A DNA stretch of 64,000 nt from an uncultured Spirochaetota bacterium (GTDB lineage Bacteria > Spirochaetota > Brevinematia > Brevinematales > JAOACQ01): positions 1,536,001 to 1,600,000 of the forward strand of contig CAVYGN010000002.1 in the NCBI GenBank assembly GCA_963768055.1, given 5' to 3'. Position numbers and translations under genes: made by a program. Below, one piece after another: positions 60,243-64,000 of this stretch. The notes below the pieces were generated by a model that had not been told where the DNA came from, did not search any database, and saw only the letters and a list, made by a program, of their open reading frames with translations. How positions within the stretch are numbered: position 1 is the first letter of the stretch; the number at the start of each line of letters is the position of its first letter.

Positions 60243-61553
60243 CTATATCCTGACGCCGATGCTCAGCATTGGATATATCTGTAAACTCGGCGATATTCCG
60301 CACCTCACTCCGCCGCCGATAAAAAATCCTCCCCATGACAATTCGAGCTTCAGGACCGGAGATATAATGATCGGAGATGAAAAATAAGAGAACGCCGAGG
60401 CGTCCACCCAGACCCTGAAATCGCCGGATTTCAGGAAAGAGAAAGCGATCCCCGCTTCGGCTTCCGGCACTATCCCTTCGCCCGGATAATAAATGGCTCC
60501 TCCCTCGGCGAAAGCCCTGAAGCTGTCGGTGAAATACCAGCCGAAACCCGCTTCGCCTCCGAGCCCGCCTTCCAGAAGCTCGACAGGGAAATAGAACTGC
60601 CTACCTCCCAATGAAAACTCGACCGGAAGCGTCTTCCCTTCCCCGACCGTCACGGTTCTCGTATCTATGATCTTATTGTCCTTTTCTATACGGATTGTAT
60701 GGTTCGTATCTGATTTAAGGTTATTTATGACAATCTCGCCGCTTTTTTCAGTCTCGCCGGCAAACACGTCGTCGGCGAAAACCTTTATTCCTGGCGCGCC
60801 AATCCTCACGTCGACGGTGCCGGAGGGGGTGTATGTAATGATCCTGTCCTCGCCGTCTTTTAGGGTAACCGTTTTATGATAAACTTCCTGCTCGTTTTCC
60901 GCCAGTGTAAGCGATATTTCAAGTGGTTCGTCCCCGGCTTCGTTTTCCCTGAAGCCGTCATTTCTTGTGATCTTTTTCCGGAAAACCTTGTTTATAGTCA
61001 GGTTATAAGTCGAATCGGATGAAATATCAACCTCCAGGCTTCCCATTGTCACTGTATGTCCGACCAGTTCGCTCGATATGTTCCGTATGAGTTTATCTAT
61101 AGTGTCGAAGATGCCGGCGCCCGAATCGCCCGAATAGTCCCTTTTCAGCTTGAGCTCGGCGGTAGCGGGGTCATAAACATAAACGGTGATCTTTATCGTG
61201 CCGTTCTTTTTATTGACTTTATAAGTCCCCGTTACCACTTGCTTTACAGCGAGGTCGAGCCCCATTTCCACGGCGGTATCGACGTCGAGGTCTTTGGACT
61301 GCCAGAAATTTTTTTCAAGGGCAAGTTTTTCCATCGCCTCATAGGATGTAACCTTTGTTCCGCTGATATTTCCCAGGAAGGTTATGAGCGATTTGCTGAT
61401 GACTTTATTTATCGAATCGTCAGTTTTATCGCCCTGGTTGATAAACCCTACTACGGCTATGGTTTTAACATCCCCCACCTGCGCGGTCGATAAGTCTGGA
61501 AGACTAAAACAAATTGAGAAAAACAGTGAAATAAACAGGACATACTTTTTCAT
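60243..61553 (-). CDS. Secreted TolB-N/CsgG-like plus PEGA-like plus C-terminal beta-barrel outer-membrane protein
   Basis: Signal peptide, TIAVVGFIN, VVTGTY, IFDTIDKL; amphipathic beta strands ending LSIGVRI. Confidence 0.6.
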   Translation of the reverse strand: MKKYVLFISLFFSICFSLPDLSTAQVGDVKTIAVVGFINQGDKTDDSINKVISKSLITFLGNISGTKVTSYEAMEKLALEKNFWQSKDLDVDTAVEMGLDLAVKQVVTGTYKVNKKNGTIKITVYVYDPATAELKLKRDYSGDSGAGIFDTIDKLIRNISSELVGHTVTMGSLEVDISSDSTYNLTINKVFRKKITRNDGFRENEAGDEPLEISLTLAENEQEVYHKTVTLKDGEDRIITYTPSGTVDVRIGAPGIKVFADDVFAGETEKSGEIVINNLKSDTNHTIRIEKDNKIIDTRTVTVGEGKTLPVEFSLGGRQFYFPVELLEGGLGGEAGFGWYFTDSFRAFAEGGAIYYPGEGIVPEAEAGIAFSFLKSGDFRVWVDASAFSYFSSPIIISPVLKLELSWGGFFIGGGVRCGISPSLQIYPMLSIGVRI

Positions 61554-61820
61554 TAAAACCCCCCGCTCGAATTAAAAAGTAATAAAGACATCGGAAAACC
61601 AAAAGTTTTTTTTCATGTTTGTCCCTCATTGTGTTTTTTATATCCGTTATTAGCTACCTTTCATTATTGATAATATTTTATTGAATCATATAATAATAAT
61701 CAAACAAATTGGGGTGGACGCAGGAAACGGATAATTTTGTACGTTAAGGAAGTTACTTGGGGCGGACGTAGAATTTGGACAAAATTGTACGCTAAGGTTT
61801 TAAGGGTGCCACCGCTTTTT

Positions 61821-62117
61821 CTATGCTGTTATCTTTTCATCGAATTTTATAACGTTTCGCGGTTTTTTATATGCCTCCCAGTAGTTTAACCTGGTCTGCA
61901 TATTGTACCAGCTCTCCGGACTCGTGTTTGTAGCCTCGCCAATCCGGATAGACATTTCAAGGCTCAAGGCGGCATGCTCGTGGATTATATCAACAAGCAT
62001 TTTTCTGGTGATCCCCAGCCGTTTAGCCGCCTCGGTTACGGTCATTCCCAGGGGTTTTATTACGTCTTCAAGCAACACTTTTCCTGGATGGGTGGGTCGC
62101 CTTTCTGTTATATTCAT
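61821..62117 (-). CDS. higA: HigA antitoxin
   Basis: PTHPG..L.E, MTVTEAAKRLGITR, TSPESWYNMQ. Confidence 0.92.
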   Translation of the reverse strand: MNITERRPTHPGKVLLEDVIKPLGMTVTEAAKRLGITRKMLVDIIHEHAALSLEMSIRIGEATNTSPESWYNMQTRLNYWEAYKKPRNVIKFDEKITA

Positions 62118-62129
62118 TTTATTGTCCTC

Positions 62130-62408
62130 TCAATGATAATCTTCATAATCAACTGAAACAACATTTTCATTTTCAAATTTAAAAGTCAGTCTCCAATTCC
62201 CGCTAACATCAGCCGCCCATGTACCTCTACGCTTGCCCTGAAGTTCATGAAGTCCGTATGCCGGAAGATTCATGTCGGATGGTGCTTTTGCGGTCGCAAG
62301 CCTATCGAGCATCCTAAAAAGTTTTTCGGCATGGTTGGGATCGATGCCCTTTTTAGTGCCTGTGTCAAAAAAGGCTTCAAGCCCTTTGTGTCGGAAAGAC
62401 TTTATCAT
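62130..62408 (-). CDS. higB: HigB toxin
   Basis: MIKSFRHKGL, LHELQG, VSGNWRLTFKF, DYEDYH. Confidence 0.93.
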   Translation of the reverse strand: MIKSFRHKGLEAFFDTGTKKGIDPNHAEKLFRMLDRLATAKAPSDMNLPAYGLHELQGKRRGTWAADVSGNWRLTFKFENENVVSVDYEDYH

Positions 62409-62493
62409 ATAGTTAATTGTAATATGAGTAGTGCGGCTTGTCAAGTTGATTTATAGAATAGGTCCGGGTTGAAATATGATCTATGGCCAATAA

Positions 62494-62616
62494 TCTGTCA
62501 GAATGAAGTATACTCTAATCTGACGTCAGGATACCTGCCTAAAACACGTCAGAATAAAGTCATATAATATATTTATTGACACAATTATAAAAAGGTCTTA
62601 GACTCTAATCTGACAT
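62494..62616. promoter_or_regulatory. Putative res site
   Basis: Repeated GTCAGAAT and CTCTAATCTGAC half-sites upstream of tnpR. Confidence 0.65.
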
Positions 62617-62634
62617 ATTTCATAGAGGTATGAT

Positions 62635-63213
62635 ATGACAGAACATAAAGTGGGTTATCTTAGGGTTAGCTCTATCGACCAGAATACTGACAGACAATTA
62701 GAAGGCCTTACTCTGGACAAGGTATTTATTGATAAGGCATCCGGCAAAGATATTAAACGTCCGGAACTCGAGAAACTGATCGAATTCGTCCGAAAAGGTG
62801 ATACGATCGTTGTACACAGTATGGACCGGTTAGCCCGCAACCTGGATAATCTGAGGCAATTAGTTCAAAATCTTACCAGTCGCGGCATCAAAATCCAGTT
62901 TTTAAAAGAAAACCTTATTTTTACAGGCGATGATTCCCCGATGTCAAACCTCCTGTTATCAGTTATGGGGGCTTTTGCGGAATTTGAACGGGCGCTGATA
63001 CGGGAGCGGCAGCTTGAAGGAATAGCCCTGGCTAAAAAGAAGGGAGAATATAGGGGCAGAAAAAAAACTCTGTCAGCCGAACAAATAAGACAAATCAGGG
63101 ATAGGGTAGCAGCTGGGGAAATGAAATCTAAAATTGCACGGGACATTGGAATCAGCAGGGAAACCCTTTATCAATACCTGAAAGGAAATGGAAATTTGAA
63201 TGCCCCGACGTAA
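62635..63213 (+). CDS. tnpR: Serine resolvase
   Basis: GYLRVSS.DQN, SMDRLARN, AFAEFERALIRERQ, GISRETLYQY. Confidence 0.96.
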   Translation: MTEHKVGYLRVSSIDQNTDRQLEGLTLDKVFIDKASGKDIKRPELEKLIEFVRKGDTIVVHSMDRLARNLDNLRQLVQNLTSRGIKIQFLKENLIFTGDDSPMSNLLLSVMGAFAEFERALIRERQLEGIALAKKKGEYRGRKKTLSAEQIRQIRDRVAAGEMKSKIARDIGISRETLYQYLKGNGNLNAPT

Positions 63214-64000
63214 AATATTTTCTTCCGAAGAATATTTATCATTGCTTGCTTTCCCAACTGAACAGGCCGATCTTGTCCAATGCTATGCCTTTTCAGAAAA
63301 CGATCTGTCTGTCATAAGGCAGCATCGTGGGAATCATAACAGGCTGGGGTTCGCCATTCAGCTATGCTGCCTTCGTTATCCCGGCATAACTTTAACCCCC
63401 ACTGATCAACCGCCTGCAGACCTGATAATTTTTGTAGCCAGTCAACTGAATGTCAATCCGGATGATTGGAATAATTATGCTGAAAGGGACCAAACCCGCC
63501 AGGAACACTTGCTTGAAATTCAGAAAAGATTCAAATTCCAGATGTTTTCAACAGTCTGGTATAGACATTTTATAAAAAAACTGATGAACCTTGCCTTACA
63601 GACTGATAAAGGGATAGTCCTGGCAACCGCATTAATTCAGGAACTTCGTAAAAAGCAAGTTATCATTCCGTCAATGGATGTCATTGAACGGCTGGTATCA
63701 GAAACAATCTACCAGGGAACGAACAGAATATATCAAATTCTTGCCGGATCGTTTACAGAAGAACAACGCCTGAAACTGGATAGCTTGTTGTCATTGAAAC
63801 CGGACACGAGAATAAGCGTCCTGACATGGCTGAAGCAGCCTCCCGGACCTCCAAAGACCAAGCATATATTGAAACACATTGAACGTTTAAAATACGTGAT
63901 GTCATTCTCCATAGATGATGAGATCGGACGTCTGATACATCAAAACCGGCTTCTGAAAATTGCCCGGGAAGGCGGCCAAATAACAGCCCAGCATTTGCGT
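63200..64000 (+). CDS. tnpA: Tn3-family transposase, 5' part (runs off the window)
   Basis: MPRRKIFS...IRQHRGNHNRLGFAIQLCCLRYPG...YAERDQTRQEHL...IHQNRLLKIAREG. Confidence 0.93.
   Translation, partial: MPRRKIFSSEEYLSLLAFPTEQADLVQCYAFSENDLSVIRQHRGNHNRLGFAIQLCCLRYPGITLTPTDQPPADLIIFVASQLNVNPDDWNNYAERDQTRQEHLLEIQKRFKFQMFSTVWYRHFIKKLMNLALQTDKGIVLATALIQELRKKQVIIPSMDVIERLVSETIYQGTNRIYQILAGSFTEEQRLKLDSLLSLKPDTRISVLTWLKQPPGPPKTKHILKHIERLKYVMSFSIDDEIGRLIHQNRLLKIAREGGQITAQHLR

Larger units (their letters stand above)
61711..64000. mobile_element. Left part of a Tn3-family (Tn21-like) transposon with tandem IRs, higBA, res, tnpR and partial tnpA
   Basis: 38-bp IRs GGGGTGGACGCAGGAAACGGATAATTTTGTACGTTAAG (61711-61748) and GGGGCGGACGTAGAATTTGGACAAAATTGTACGCTAAG (61759-61796). 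Confidence 0.88.

Noticed and set aside
59115..61553. Complete diversity-generating retroelement
   Set aside because: No reverse transcriptase, avd or adenine-variant template repeat is visible in the window.

Overview
Bacterial genomic window; the lipoprotein types suggest a spirochaete-like host, but that is inference only. Bases 1-17,070 are mostly housekeeping genes: an ispH-like 3' end, ABC ATPase, polyprenyl synthase, fabK-like-etfB-etfA-acyl-CoA dehydrogenase, frr-uppS-cdsA, a PAS/PP2C/anti-sigma kinase fusion followed by rsmH-ftsL-like-truA, and pirin. From about 17.1 kb to the end lies a mosaic island dominated by Tn3-family transposons. (i) An intact 4,831-bp Tn3 element (19412-24242) with perfect 38-bp IRs, a TAGTA target duplication and a RelE/HTH toxin-antitoxin pair. 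(ii) The main finding: a 12.3-kb unit (26899-39163) bounded by identical 38-bp inverted repeats with unusual GGCCCC termini, plus a third degenerate internal IR. It holds a Tn3 transposase, a short tyrosine recombinase and a complete type I-C CRISPR-Cas system with its array. (iii) A second, truncated Tn3/tyrosine-recombinase element with a PIN toxin-antitoxin pair. (iv) A metal/metalloid/redox gene cluster bracketed by nested Tn3-type ends and interrupted by a passenger-carrying IS1595 element. (v) A second, adaptation-only I-C locus (cas3 remnant-cas4-cas1-cas2, 13 repeats). (vi) An FGE-sulfatase/C-lectin lipoprotein resembling a DGR target. (vii) The start of a fourth Tn3 element with higBA. 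A GT-C glycosyltransferase is frameshifted at a G9 tract. All calls come from reading the sequence by eye; no database searches were run.
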